Both the position numbers and the translations under genes were made by a program. A stretch of DNA of 64,000 nt from Orbicella franksi (lineage: Eukaryota): the NCBI GenBank assembly GCA_964199315.1, contig OZ116702.1:3596001-3660000 (forward strand), written 5' to 3'. Numbering within the stretch: position 1 is the first letter of the stretch; every line of letters starts with the position of its first letter. The notes beneath the pieces were generated by a model, which did no database searches, was not told where the DNA came from, and was given only the letters and a program-made list of their open reading frames with translations. Shown here piece by piece: positions 1 through 12,120 of this stretch.

Positions 1-146
1 CATTTAAGGTCAGTTATTACATTTAGGTCTTCAACAAATGACATCGTTTAGCGATTCTTGTATAAAACGCCAACACCCTGCTTGTTTTGCGCCAATGTAA
101 CATTGCGCTGCAAGTTCAGTTAATTGTTTTTCTACGTTTCATTAAG

Positions 147-3100
147 ATGGGTAAGTTTAAAGCTGCCTTTGTCAAGAAATTTACACCTCGCAAAATTAAT
201 ACAGCGCAAATTTAAAGTTTCTTCGCACTAGGGCACTTTAATGAAGTAAACTGTATTACTTTGTCTCTAAATATGACAATCGTCGTTAGAATACCGATGT
301 TGCTCCGTTAGCCAAGATAATTTCTAGTGGTGTTAAAATGTATATTTGTCTTCTAGATCAACAGCAAATCAACAGAAAGATTAATTCAGACGAGTGTACG
401 TATTTAATCTTTAGTTTTCTATTTTAAACTTCTTTGCTTTACTTACGTGAAGATTTGATTGCTCAACAATCATCTTAAAGTTAAAACCTTTATCTCTATG
501 AAACTTTTCAGTGCCGCACGAAGTTCCCATTGCGGAAGAAAGCACTTGTAAGTACACATTATTTATATTCTTACAAACTTACTTTTTTTGTTGTTTTCAA
601 GCTGCGTTTTGAAAAACTTTGTAAGAAGTTTATAACATCAGTTTTCTCGCGCCAAGATTACACAAGAACCAGATATCATTTTGCGTTTATTTTGGTACAT
701 GTCAAGTTCCCTTAATCTTACTTTTATTTCTTTTCACATTTTATTTTAGTTTTTGCGCCATTGGATGATCGTAAGTATTCCGTTTTATTATATTTTAAAC
801 TGCTTTCTTGATACAAAAATTCGATTGCCCTATTACGAATAAACAATTGTAATTATAATCGCAAAGTTATTTTCGCCCTATGAACTTTTTAGACCCAATT
901 GCATTGGATAGTTCCAATTATTTATTTGCTTTGCTACATTTGTTTTCAAGTTACTTTTACAACTTATACAGGAATAATTAGATTAGCTGGTTGCCGCCTG
1001 ATTGAGAAAAGATAAGATTTCTTGTAATTGTTTTGTGCTTTATATTTGAGCGCATGCTACATGTAACCACTAAAACTATTCTCCAACCAAATTAATCACT
1101 GTAATCTTAGTTTTATTTGTTTTCATATTCTTAAGTTTTTTTTGACTTTAATTGTTTAGAAAGTGAAAAAGAAATCTGGCTTCAACTTTGCGCCTTAATT
1201 TGTTCTCGTAAAAGCCTACCGTGTGCATTTAAAGTTCCGGTACGGCTTTCTTCCAGGCCTTCGCAGTAAGATTGATTTTCGGTAAAGTATCTCATTTAGG
1301 CTTAAGAACCGAAACCGCGCAAATGTTCGCTTGCGAACTGAGATTGGTACAAAAACTCTTGCGAAAAGAGAGGAAGGTAAAGAAAAGAAGTTTGAATCGC
1401 AACTTAACGCCGATATGTTCTGCTAGATACAGAATACTACCGTCTATAATCCAAATTGCGAGTTGATGGCAAAAAAATACCAGTCAAGAAAAAATAGAAA
1501 TGAAAGTTGCAATAATCTCCATACACACATTGATATATATTTTCTACTTGGAATCGATGGGGAAAGTTGGCAACAACAAAATTTGCAAAGGTCAAGCTTA
1601 TCAAAGTGTAAATCAAACGCCCTCATTTTAAAAGCACTGCCTCCATGATCACAGTTAGTACCTCCTCCATCGCGTTATTTGAAACTAGGCAGTAATTAAA
1701 ATGTCACCTTTTTCAACATGTAGTAAACTAATTTTTCACAAAACATGGTATGCATGAAGATTTATTAAAACAGAAGTCTAAGTGTTCATGGAAAGTTTGT
1801 CTAAAATTCTAACAAACGTTTACTCTTGTTATTGCTACTTAGCAAATTTTAATCCCATAATTCGTAATCCCAATACTCCTCTTGTGCACTTTATCATTTT
1901 TTTTTTTTTTAATGAGATGAGGGCTGGCTGATCACTTATTTGAAGCTCAGAGCCCTTGTTAATAGTGTTTTTTCCTGCTGACACTATGCAGTCTTACTAA
2001 AGGCAATGTGCTCATAATTGAATATTTAAGTGGCAAGTGAAATTAAAATCAAGTCAATAAAATCAGCCATATCTCATCTTATATTTTCTTGTAATAAAGC
2101 AAACTTAAAACCTTTCATTCAATTGGCTTTGTGAAGTTTTCTTTGTTAAAATGCAGGCACTTAAATGATGTGCCTTAAAACCAACTTGTTCCTATGACAT
2201 ACCACAGGCAAAAGCAAAATCATAATGTGTAGTTCCATAGATTATTCAAATTTCACTACAGAAAGAATTTTTCATAAAACCCCCCATCCTTCTAGAAATT
2301 CTAATTAAGCTTTATACGTTTCCTTAAAGTTTTAAGCGTTTGTAAACCCTTTCACCCACTGGAATTTCCAATTCCTTCTGTGGAAAGAGTATATGGACAT
2401 TTTGTCCAATTAAGTACATATAGAAGCTAAAACTATTCCTTTAGACTATTGTCTGGACTTCTGTTGACTGCACCTCTTTACTATGTACTTTACTGTAATA
2501 AGACAAGAAATAGCAACACACTGCCTTTGCTGGAGAGCAAGCTAGCCTTCAGTCATGATTATACTTTCTCTATCTTATATTTAAAGACTCAATTTATAGA
2601 GACACAAAAAAGACAATTAAAATGAAAACTATTCTTCAAGGGTAGAATATAAATATTCTCTATAGCACCACATTACTTAAGATATGAGGTCAAAATAAAT
2701 AAGAATTAATTACACAATCAAACAACTTTTAAAAAACAATGCATCAGTTGATCCCACAGCAATTAGAACTCCTCACTATATTGAGGGAAAGAGAGTTGGT
2801 ACAAATAGCTGTTCGTCACTGATTCTTATGCTAGAGTAAAAGCAAATATATTTAAATTATATACATTCAACAGTAACCAAGTAATGAGTGACAAACGAAA
2901 ACAGGGTAACAGAATATTGATGTACAAAGGGAAAAATAAAGAAAGTTTCAACATGCACCCCTCCCCCTGATAATTGCATTAACAAAGCCACCCCATCAAC
3001 TAATAACCAGTCTCTTTTTAATGATCTCCTCAATATCACGAGTGAAGGAGAACAATACACTGCCTCTACTAGATAAAGCAAGGCGTCACTTATGAGACTT

Positions 3101-6100
3101 TTTCTACCTTATATTTAAAGATTCAATTTACAGAGACACAAAAAAGACAATTAAAATGAAAACTATCCTTCAACAGTAGAGTATAAGTATTCTCTGCAGC
3201 AACACATTACTAGGATACGAGGTAAATATAAATAAGAATCAATTACACTTTATAATCAAATAACCGTTAAACAGCAATGCATCACTTAGTCTCACAGCAA
3301 AGATCCTGTCATTATATTGCAGAAAGATAGTTGGTGCAAATTAATAGCTGTTGTCACTCATTCTTATGCTTGGATAAAAAGCATTATATTTTAAATAATA
3401 TACCTTCAACAGTCACCAAGTAATGAATGACAAACTAAAACAGAGTAAGAGAGTATGTTGTACAAAGGGGAAAACAAAGAGAATTTCAACATATCCCTCC
3501 CTCCCCTAGTAAATGGAATAACAAAGCCACCCTTCAACTGATAACCAGTCTCTTTTTAATGATCTTCTCAATATTACAGGTGAAGATGAACAACTACAGC
3601 CAGCCATCATCAACTTTTGTAAGACCTTTAATATTCTTTTTGAAAATTAAGTTATGAAACTGTTATCTTGTACATGTAGAAAATTTTATACCCATTTTAC
3701 ACCCATAGTAATGCTATTCCAAATTGAAACAGTTTCTCTAATTGTGATTCAACCACCAACAAAGGAGTATGTAAAGGAATCAAATGTTCTGGCCAAGCAT
3801 ATCAAAAACTTTTTTCAGAAAGCACAAACACTGACGAAACTTGGCTTTCTGAGCAACAAGCACTTTCCCAAATGAAGCTGTTAAGCACATATGAGAATAT
3901 TCTGAAGTACAAGCAACCAAACGCACCAAAACTTTGCAAGCATTGACAATAAAAGCCAAATTTTCCAAGAACTGCAAAATTTTGCGGTATTATATTTGTG
4001 ACTGTACAGCTTTCTTGTGTAAATGGTTTATGATTGGCATCATTTAATATGACTTGCATGACAACAATTAATCTTGACTAGAAGATTTTTCAAGCTAAAA
4101 AAAGACCAAAGCAATCTGTTATTAAAAAAAGAAACAATTTTGTCTATAATTACAGACTCAGTGAATCCTGAAAGTTACAATGAGGAATGTAAGTATTTAT
4201 TTGAAATTACAATGCTTAAATTGAGTAAGTGAGACAATGAGTGAGTGAGTTGACTTTATTGGAGAGGGTAACATCTAACAGTAACAAAGCTGATTATATC
4301 AACATAACCAAAGGAGGTTATGAAGGCCTACACTGGGACCTTAAGTCGCTTAAAGTAACCTTAACTTGCCTTAAGTCGCCTTGAGTCTTCCTAAGTCGCC
4401 TTAAGTTGCTAATGGTTATGCAATGTTAAAAAGGTTTCAACACACTCAAATTGCCCCTGTAGAAAGTTATCAAACTTGTAACTGTCACATTTGGATAAAC
4501 TGCACTCTAACCCTATGAAGAAGGAGGGATGATGACCCAATCGTTGGTGCAATGGACCGCTATCGGAGATCATGGCATTGTGTTTGCACTCTTATAGTGT
4601 CTCTCCTCACCCAAATGTATAAATGGGTAATGGTTACAGAACAGGAGGGGCAGGGTGCAGGGTGCACCAGAGGTAACCTCAATAGGTGTGCCTTTGATTT
4701 TTTTAAAAGACTTGTTCCCAATGTATTGGAGCCACCTAAACCCCCCTCCTCCTTAAAGGATCCTAGTCAACCACACCTTTGTTTTGTTTACATACAAGAG
4801 GTTGGCTTTTATGTTGTATTCATAGCATGTTAAAGCAAAGAAAATCACTGTGAAACTACTAAAGATAAAGGGACATACTACCAGGAACACAACTTACAGT
4901 AAAGCAACAAGACTTCACCTGTAATATCAATAACATTGATGGCCTCAAAAATAGCAAGTACTGACTAGGGTCCTTTAAGAGGACAAGAACCCAACAATTA
5001 CTGTATTATGCCTCATAGTCGTAGTTGCCTTATACATAAAAAATCTAATATTATTATAGTCCTGCACCTCTCTAGCCCCTAATGTTAGCAGGAATAATTT
5101 CTACATGTGAACAATAATTATATAGAAATGACAATCTCATGTATACTGTCTCACAGATGCCTTTTTATTTCTGTTAAGTTTTATTTTTTTTTTTTTTCGT
5201 GTATTTCATTGTGAAAGAATTAATAAAAAAGATGACAATCTGTGTTATCATCACAAAATATATTAAATATGGAAAGTTATAACAAATGACTATACTCCAA
5301 TAATTTCATTTAAGCTTTTTAATTTTTGTACAATATTATTGAATCCAATCTTCCAAAGACTTACAGTCTATAATTAATAAACAACAACAGTGAGAGGTGT
5401 TCCAAATCATTAACACGAAAAGCAAAAAACAGAAAGATATTTCTGGGTTAAGGCTTAATTCTTTCTAGTCACTTTTACACTGAGCAGTAAAAATATTGTC
5501 ATATAAATTCAATTGAACCGAACTGAGTCTACACTTTAAATACTTTACTTACCCAGTGTAAAAAAGTGACAAAAGTGGCCCATTTCTCCAGCAAAAATCA
5601 TTATTTGCATTTGATTCCACATTCGACCAACTCAGACCAACTGTAAACTTGTGAATTTCGTAATTGAACAACCAACTTGCAAAGTAAAGTTTATCTAGCC
5701 TTTTCGTACATTTGATAAAGCCAGCTATTCACATTATCTTATACACTTTACGTGGGCTACGCTACTGTTACTACTGTTACTATCGAAAGCTAACATAATC
5801 CTTGCGATCAACTCTCAGTAAACATGGCCGCCAGACTACTGTTTGGAACACGTGCCTTAGTTTGGCCCAGTGACTAAAGTCTACACGAGCTGACACGTGA
5901 GCTACTCGTTCTCACGCGAGTAACAAAAAACCAGAAAGAGAACAAATCGCCAAACTAATACTCTCCAAAATTTGAATACAGTAATTTATTATCGGGTGAT
6001 TTGAAATCACCCGAACACTTAGCAAGAAAATTCGCATTTTCGTGGCACAGATGTCTCGTCTCTTTGGAGTATGGAAACCAGTTAGCGGCACAAGGGTTAC

Positions 6101-9100
6101 TGGGAAAATCAAAATGGCGGAAACCACTGTGCCTAGTATAGATGTATCAATTTCTAATATTTAATTGTGACAATGTAGTTCTGGGCATTTGTAATTTGTC
6201 ACGTGGAAACTAGTGAAACTTGGAAGATGTATTTCTTGGAGGTCTGATCAACAAAACCTTCTAAAAGGATTCGATTCACTGTGTAAACTGCCAGGGTCAT
6301 CAAAGTTTTCTGGAACCTCACAAGTAGTTGGTGAAATTTGACAAGAAGTGTTCTTACGAAACAACTTAGCATGCGGTACTCATTATGGTATTGGAATATT
6401 TTGCCTGAGTGAGGCAAGAGAGCATCAAATCGATTGGGTCCCCAAAAAGGACTAAAATTGACACTGGAAATGCAAAAAATAGCAGATAAGGAGTAGTATG
6501 TATACTTTATTTACCCTCGGATTGTAGAGTAGCTTTAACAGCTAATGTCTCCGAGCATTTCAGCAGCACAATGGGCAAATACCAGACCACAAACACCGGG
6601 AACTTCGTGCCCTGCTCTTTACGATGAGTGTGTGGTGTCTTAAACGTCCTCTGCTGACCATAATAGTGAAGATGCAGGAGACGGGGCCTACGGTTTATCG
6701 TCCTTATCCGTGAAGACTAGAATATCTAACCACTTGCAGATGTCATTGCAAACCCAGTATATTTTCCTCAGTTATTTTAAGAACCTGAGTGTTGGTCCGG
6801 TCTGGGGCTCGAACCCGAGACCTCCCGCACGGTAGTCCGAAGCTCTACCAACTGAGCTAACCAGTGTTGTGGTAATTCTTTCTTTAATAGTATTTATTTT
6901 TTAATGGTTTGAAATCTGGCCCGGGTTGTTCGAAAGTTGGGTAGCGCTAACTCAGGTAATATATTTTTTTTATATAGAAATATCTTTCACTCCTTATGGT
7001 TGTGTAGTTTTAAAATGAATCAACTCAAAACTAAAAGACAAATTACATAAACAGAAAACTAGAACAAAAAGTTACAAAACTGAAAGTAATAAAAATTCTG
7101 TCTAATCCTAGGTTAGTTTAATTAGGCTTTGAACAACCCGAGCTTTGATATTTGAGACTGTGGTGACTTAATTATATACCAGTATTGGTACAATATTGGG
7201 TTATCACAAAAGATATATGGAAGACTGTTGCTAAGTTTAAATTTATATCACTCAAGTGAAATAAGGTCTCCTCAAGTCACCTTAAGTCACCTTAAGTCTC
7301 CTTAAGTTGCCTTAACTCGCCTTAAGTTGCCTAAAATTACCTTAAGTTGCCTAAAGTCGCAATGCTTTTCTTGCCAATTTTGCTTAAGTCGTCTAAAGGT
7401 GCCTTAAATCGCCCAAAGACGCCTTAAGTTATGCCGACTTAAGGTCCCACAATAGGCCTTTTCAGGGAGCAAGCTATAGACACATAAACAATTCACAAAA
7501 AAAATAATATTGGCACTTCAAGCTTCATGCAAAACAAAACAATACATTTTAGAAAATAACAATTAATAGCTAATATACAAATAACAATTCTAAAAGAAAA
7601 AAATAGCGATTTCACATTTCACAAGTAATAAAAAGGATTCATCATAGTTCCCAATAATACCCATTTTCACCTCCATAAATGTAAAGTGAGACTAATTTGC
7701 AACTCAGAACCACAAGAGAAAATCAATACCAAATATATTAAAGTGCAAGAATACCTGCAACATCATTTCTAATATGACAAAAGAGACAAAACCTTCAATT
7801 AAAATATCTATCAATTTTTGTAATTAATTTTGACCTTTTTGTTAAACTATATATAAAACTCAACATTGCACAACCTACAATTTTAAGTACAAGTAACAGC
7901 AGCATAAATTACTGATCTTGTTTTAGATCATGATGCCCAGATGACAACACGACACCAGCGTAAGTACATCTATTGTTTTCAATAAAATCTACCGAAATCA
8001 AATAATACATATTTTTCAACTTTACATGTTGAAAATTGGCTTCTAAACATTATTGTATATAGTTCTGTATATTATCAATACACTCCCCATGAAAGAAATG
8101 TTTCATGACACCCCAAGCCCAACATTCTAATACTTTCAATTATGCTTCATAAATTTTCTTAAACTCTGTACCCTTCGAGAACCCTCCTTGCGCCAAGAAT
8201 TTAAAATCCCTTCTGTGGCACAAATATGGACATTACTGGAACAACACACTACACAATTCCACATGGTACCCATTGTCACTGTAACCCCAGGGAAGGCCAT
8301 TGAAAAGTCATGAAGGAATAGGCTCTCCAAATTACTATGTTAAACTGGAAAGATTTACAAAATGCATAAGCTCAGCTTTGCCAAACACTAAAGAATAGAA
8401 ATGTATCATCTTTTATTCAAAAATTCCCTGCAAGTATATAAACCATGACTAATCAGAATTGTAGCACAAAAGCACACAAATTTACTAATATCAACATTAA
8501 CTTTATTTCAGAAAAACAGTACAGACACCAAAAACGTAATGCTCCAAGGCACATGTCAAAACCTTGTAAGTATAAAATCTATGGCTATAACTTTTAAAAA
8601 TTTTTAATTGCAAAATAATAAATTCTGATCGATAGTAAAGTTTCTTGTGATTAGCAGTACTACAAACTCAGAACTGTAAGAAAATTAACTTTACTTTGAA
8701 TTTGTGTTTTAGATTACATCTCACACAAGGTGTTACGAGGTAATTAAACATTAAAACACTAACTATTGATAGTTACCAATAAAATAATTCAACAACCATG
8801 AAGTAGCTTTAAGCTCAAGTCTAATATTTTTCATGAGTACATTTTGTAAAAAAAAACAAATATCAAAGTAACAAAATCAAGCACTACATCTAAACATTAA
8901 TACTGTTTCAATGAAATAAAAAACACTCTAGTAAAAGCAAGGGATTAATGTTTTGTAGAAGTACTCAGTGTAGCACTATATTACAACCAGCAAAGGGCGA
9001 GAACAGTACATGCTAGTTATCTACAATTAGGGGATGAGTAGCTAAATAACTTAGTAACTGCACTGAAGAACTGAAACAAAGATTTCTTGTCAGGATGGAA

Positions 9101-11128
9101 TGGGAGACAACCGATGTACAAGAAGTTAGTAAAAATTGAGTTGCACCATATTTCCCTACAAGAGGCAGTTGTCCCCATTATGTGCTATGAGGAGATGTTG
9201 TGAGCTGTTAGAAAGAGGAGCTTGGAAAGAGCGGTTTCTTTAACATCTTTAGGCAACATATTGTCTTAAACAAATAGTGAAATTTTCCTCCAACTTCGGG
9301 CTTTACTTATTTTGGAAGCGAGGGAGGGGGAGTGTTGGTAGTAGTTATTTTTGAATCTTTACATTTTATCTACACTTTGTCCCTGATTGCACCTAGGTCT
9401 GCCTATGGGGATGTGTTAGCGATTAAAGAGGCGCTGTATGAAATTGTAGTCGTTTGTTAGGAAAAGTTGATAACCTTGTCAGGAGTGTAAAAGTTTATGG
9501 AGACTGACCAATTTGTTTGGGTGTAAATTGTGGGTTTTAAGATGCTAGGGAAAGAAATGTAATGGGGAATATACAGCGTATCGTCTCCATTTCTGTTACG
9601 AAAATTATAAATAACTTAAAAATTGTGACAATCTCAGAGCTGGATAGGGAGTAGACTTGGCAGGGAGGAGGGGTAAGAGTTGGGGTGGGGTGGGGGGGTG
9701 GAACGGTGAGATATGTTTCAGTCTGCCTTAACGAACTCTTGAACAGAACAACTCATCCAATCCTTTCCTTAGCTCTTTATCTTGTTTTTAGCAACTGAAT
9801 TCCCGGGCCCCACCAATTGCAATGAGTTCGATGGGTTTGGCTGAACGTGAGGCGAGTAAACAAGAAAGATCTTTAAGATTAATTTTTGTACTGATGTACT
9901 TGTATTTTAATTTTTTTCCCGTTTATCCCCAGGACGCCAATGAGGGTTTGCGTCCAGCTTTGCCAGAGGTTATTGCCTCCCTGAAAGTAATTAAGAGTGG
10001 GTGAGTCTTGGCTTTGTCTACTGAGATGATGAAGCAATTCTTTTCTCTCTTTTCACCTCTTTCAATTAATAATTTGCTTCAAAATTTAAGAGTTCTGGAT
10101 ACAGTCCTGTCATTTTGTGTTTATTAAATAAGTGTACTATCAACCCTGATTGATCTGTATGTTTGCATTTACAATATTTCTGTGGTCACTTCTATGGGTT
10201 AGTGAAATTAGCAATTTTTTTCTGTGTCGTTTGATGGTAAATTTGCGTACTTTAAAAGTAAAGTTGTAAAAGGATGTTTTTATTTGACTATTTCACTGAT
10301 ATTTTTTGGTTAAATTACCTACAGCTCTTATGTTATCCTGTACCATTTGCATAATTGAATTTGAGGAGGGTGAAGAGGTGAATCAACTACCTTGTAGTCA
10401 CACATTTCACGAGAAGTGCATCAGCACATGGTTGAAAATGGTAAATGCAATAATATTTGCGTAATTAATAGACAGACAGGCAGATTGACAAACAGACAGG
10501 CAATTTATTTCAACACGATATGTCTTCAATTGCAAAGAATTAAATTATAAAGATAATTATTAATCCGAAGAGTTGTTACAGTAAAGTTTTTAATTGTAAC
10601 ATTTCCTGACTGACTGACTGACCGTGAGCCATTAAGTTAGTTTTATTTGTAGCCTTAAACTTTTTTCTTGATAAGAAAATACAGTCTATTTTGTGCATTC
10701 TCGTGTAAACAAATGAGGCAAAATACAACCCTTTGGCAGATAATCAACAGACTATTTGAACGTAGTTTGAGTTTCCTTGGCACTGAGCGAGGATTCATGC
10801 GAAGAAAGTAGTGTTGATAAGGCACACTGAAGGGGGGAGGCTGAACTTTGTGGCAAATAAAAGTTGATTAAACTCTTTGGACTTTTTTTGTCAATACAGT
10901 ATGTGTTGTCTCGCTGATCTAGCGGGAGCATGTTCTCTTAAAAATTCCTGATAGAGGCCTTTTTTTGTGGAATGTAGTGGAAAAAAAGTTGAAGTACTAG
11001 ACAGGGTAAAATTTCTGATGGCTGCAAATTCAATATCTATAAGGGGGAGAGTTGTATTTAAGATTAAAGATGCTTTCTTTTCTTTGTAGCACGCCACTTG
11101 TCCAATGTGTTGGGATGAATTACCCTGA
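147..11128 (+). CDS. RING-H2 zinc-finger protein (RNF181/RNF126-like C-terminus, putative E3 ligase) with a micro-exon N-terminus. Proposed exons: 147-150, 357-395, 512-547, 750-770, 1257-1265, 3580-3618, 4156-4188, 7927-7959, 8512-8565, 8713-8739, 8959-9005, 9933-9996, 10325-10440, 11090-11128
   Basis: Exons 10325-10440 and 11090-11128 splice (AG/GT, phase 0) to SCTICIIEFEEGEEVNQLPCSHTFHEKCISTWLKM-HATCPMCWDELP*, a complete C3H2C3 RING-H2. The preceding exon encodes GLRPALPEVIASL, resembling the PA..E.I..L segment before the RING in RNF181/RNF126-type proteins. Upstream small exons have pyrimidine-rich AG acceptors and GTAAG-type donors and join into one open frame from ATG 147. The true start and the donor of the 9933 exon are uncertain. 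Confidence 0.7.
2518..3603. repeat. Diverged tandem duplication, period about 539 bp (2518-3056 and 3057-3603)
   Basis: Shared blocks such as ttatatttaaaga-tcaattta-agagacacaaaaaagacaattaaaatgaaaactat and ataaccagtctctttttaatgatct recur 539 bp apart. Confidence 0.9.
6490..6862 (-). mobile_element. tRNA-derived SINE, near full length
   Basis: Reverse complement of 6794-6862 is a tRNA-like head (TAGCTCAGTTGG A box, GGTTCGAGCCC B box). The 3' part (tttatttaccctcggatt..agagtagctt..cagctaat.tctccg.gcattt) recurs at about 54055-54170. Confidence 0.8.
6918..7143. mobile_element. MITE with about 18-bp TIRs
   Basis: ggcccgggttgttcgaaag at the left end and ctttgaacaacccgagc at the right end are imperfect inverted repeats. 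Confidence 0.6.
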
Positions 11129-11134
11129 TAAAGA

Positions 11135-11330
11135 AATACTGAAATTATTGTAAATAATTATTGTAAATAATGTTAGGAACAACTAAATTGTAAATAATGT
11201 TAGCATTGTAAGTTTTGTTAGTATAGTTAAATTGTAAGTTATGTTAACATTGTAAGTATTAGGTAATTTTTGTATGTAATGTAATGTAAGTTATTGCATT
11301 AATCACAAGAAAAAACTGTACATTTAATTT
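11135..11330. repeat. AT-rich low-complexity tandem repeat (attgtaaataatgttag-like) in the 3' region of the RING-H2 gene
   Basis: Repeated ttgtaaataat and ttgtaagt motifs are visible directly. Confidence 0.7.
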
Positions 11331-12120
11331 CAACTGTAGTTTAGGAAGTTAGTTAAAAATGAAAGTATTAGAAGTAAAGTGCTATTTTTTTCAGCCATCA
11401 CTTTTTTTGACCGTTAGATGGTGTCGCTTTCACTTGTATATGTAGCAGCTGCCTAAGAAGTGAAAAGAAGTTACATTACGGTTTGTTCAAACTCAAATAG
11501 TAGTACAGGGTTTTATACTGAACGAACAAAATGGTATAAATTTTAGTTGCAGATGAGATCTTAAAGATGCCATTTTTTTGTAAAGTCTGTTGAATTCAAA
11601 AATCAAATTATTATATTTATTAGCATTTCTTGTTTGCCATCTTCTTTGTTACCATCAGCAGCGATTGTTACTGATCTTTTTTTAAAACTTTACGGTGCCC
11701 ATTACATTTTTTCCTGTCACCTCCCCACTAGGTAAAACAATTGCATATCTCGCACTCGTTTTGCATGCACACTATGCCATCTGCAGGTACATGTTTACAG
11801 TTGAATTTTAGGATAATTTTCAACAGATAACAGCAAGTCAGCTTTAATAGTGATATGCTACTATTTTGGAATCCCTGGTTTAAGTACAAGTTCATTAAAC
11901 TTGATCTGGTCACAGTAGGAAAATTTTGCTTTCAATTTAGTCGTGTACTAGGTAGCATAGTTGATTGCTTCACTGTTCACCCTAGCGTATGCGTGGTGCT
12001 TAAACCATACCTTGCCTGATGTGCAGAACATGTGCGTACTAACGAAAGTAGGCATTGTCCTTAAAAGCATCATAGTTATGAAAAAAGATAATTCAATCTA
12101 ATATACTAGTACATTTACCT

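Larger units (their letters stand above)
4323..7460. mobile_element. Intronic unit bounded by 26-bp terminal inverted repeats with subterminal 10-bp CCTTAAGTCG-like tandem repeats (non-autonomous DNA transposon or interrupted MITE)
   Basis: aaggcctacactgggaccttaagtcg (4323-4348) vs cgacttaaggtcccacaataggcctt (7435-7460): 23/26 inverted match. Tandem arrays at 4339-4410 and about 7265-7430. No TSD seen. Confidence 0.65.

Noticed and set aside
602-620. Candidate micro-exon with a GTAAGA donor
   Set aside because: 19 nt is not symmetric and it has TGA in the phase-1 frame; at most a poison exon.
4552-4833. 93-aa ORF
   Set aside because: Overlaps a SINE-core fragment; no splice support or recognisable domain.
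6125-6131. CACAGTG heptamer (minus strand) suggesting an RSS or Transib/RAG-like terminus
   Set aside because: No nonamer at 12 or 23 nt spacing, no partner terminus with a matching 5-bp TSD and no transposase nearby.
6794-6862. tRNA gene (also 35952-36012 and 39498-39580)
   Set aside because: A and B boxes are present but acceptor stems are not, and each runs into repeat body sequence; treated as SINE heads.
9094-9124. Extra exon of the RING-H2 gene (MEWETTDVQE frame)
   Set aside because: Needs a phase-2 entry that no upstream exon supplies; 8959-9005 joins 9933 directly in phase 0.
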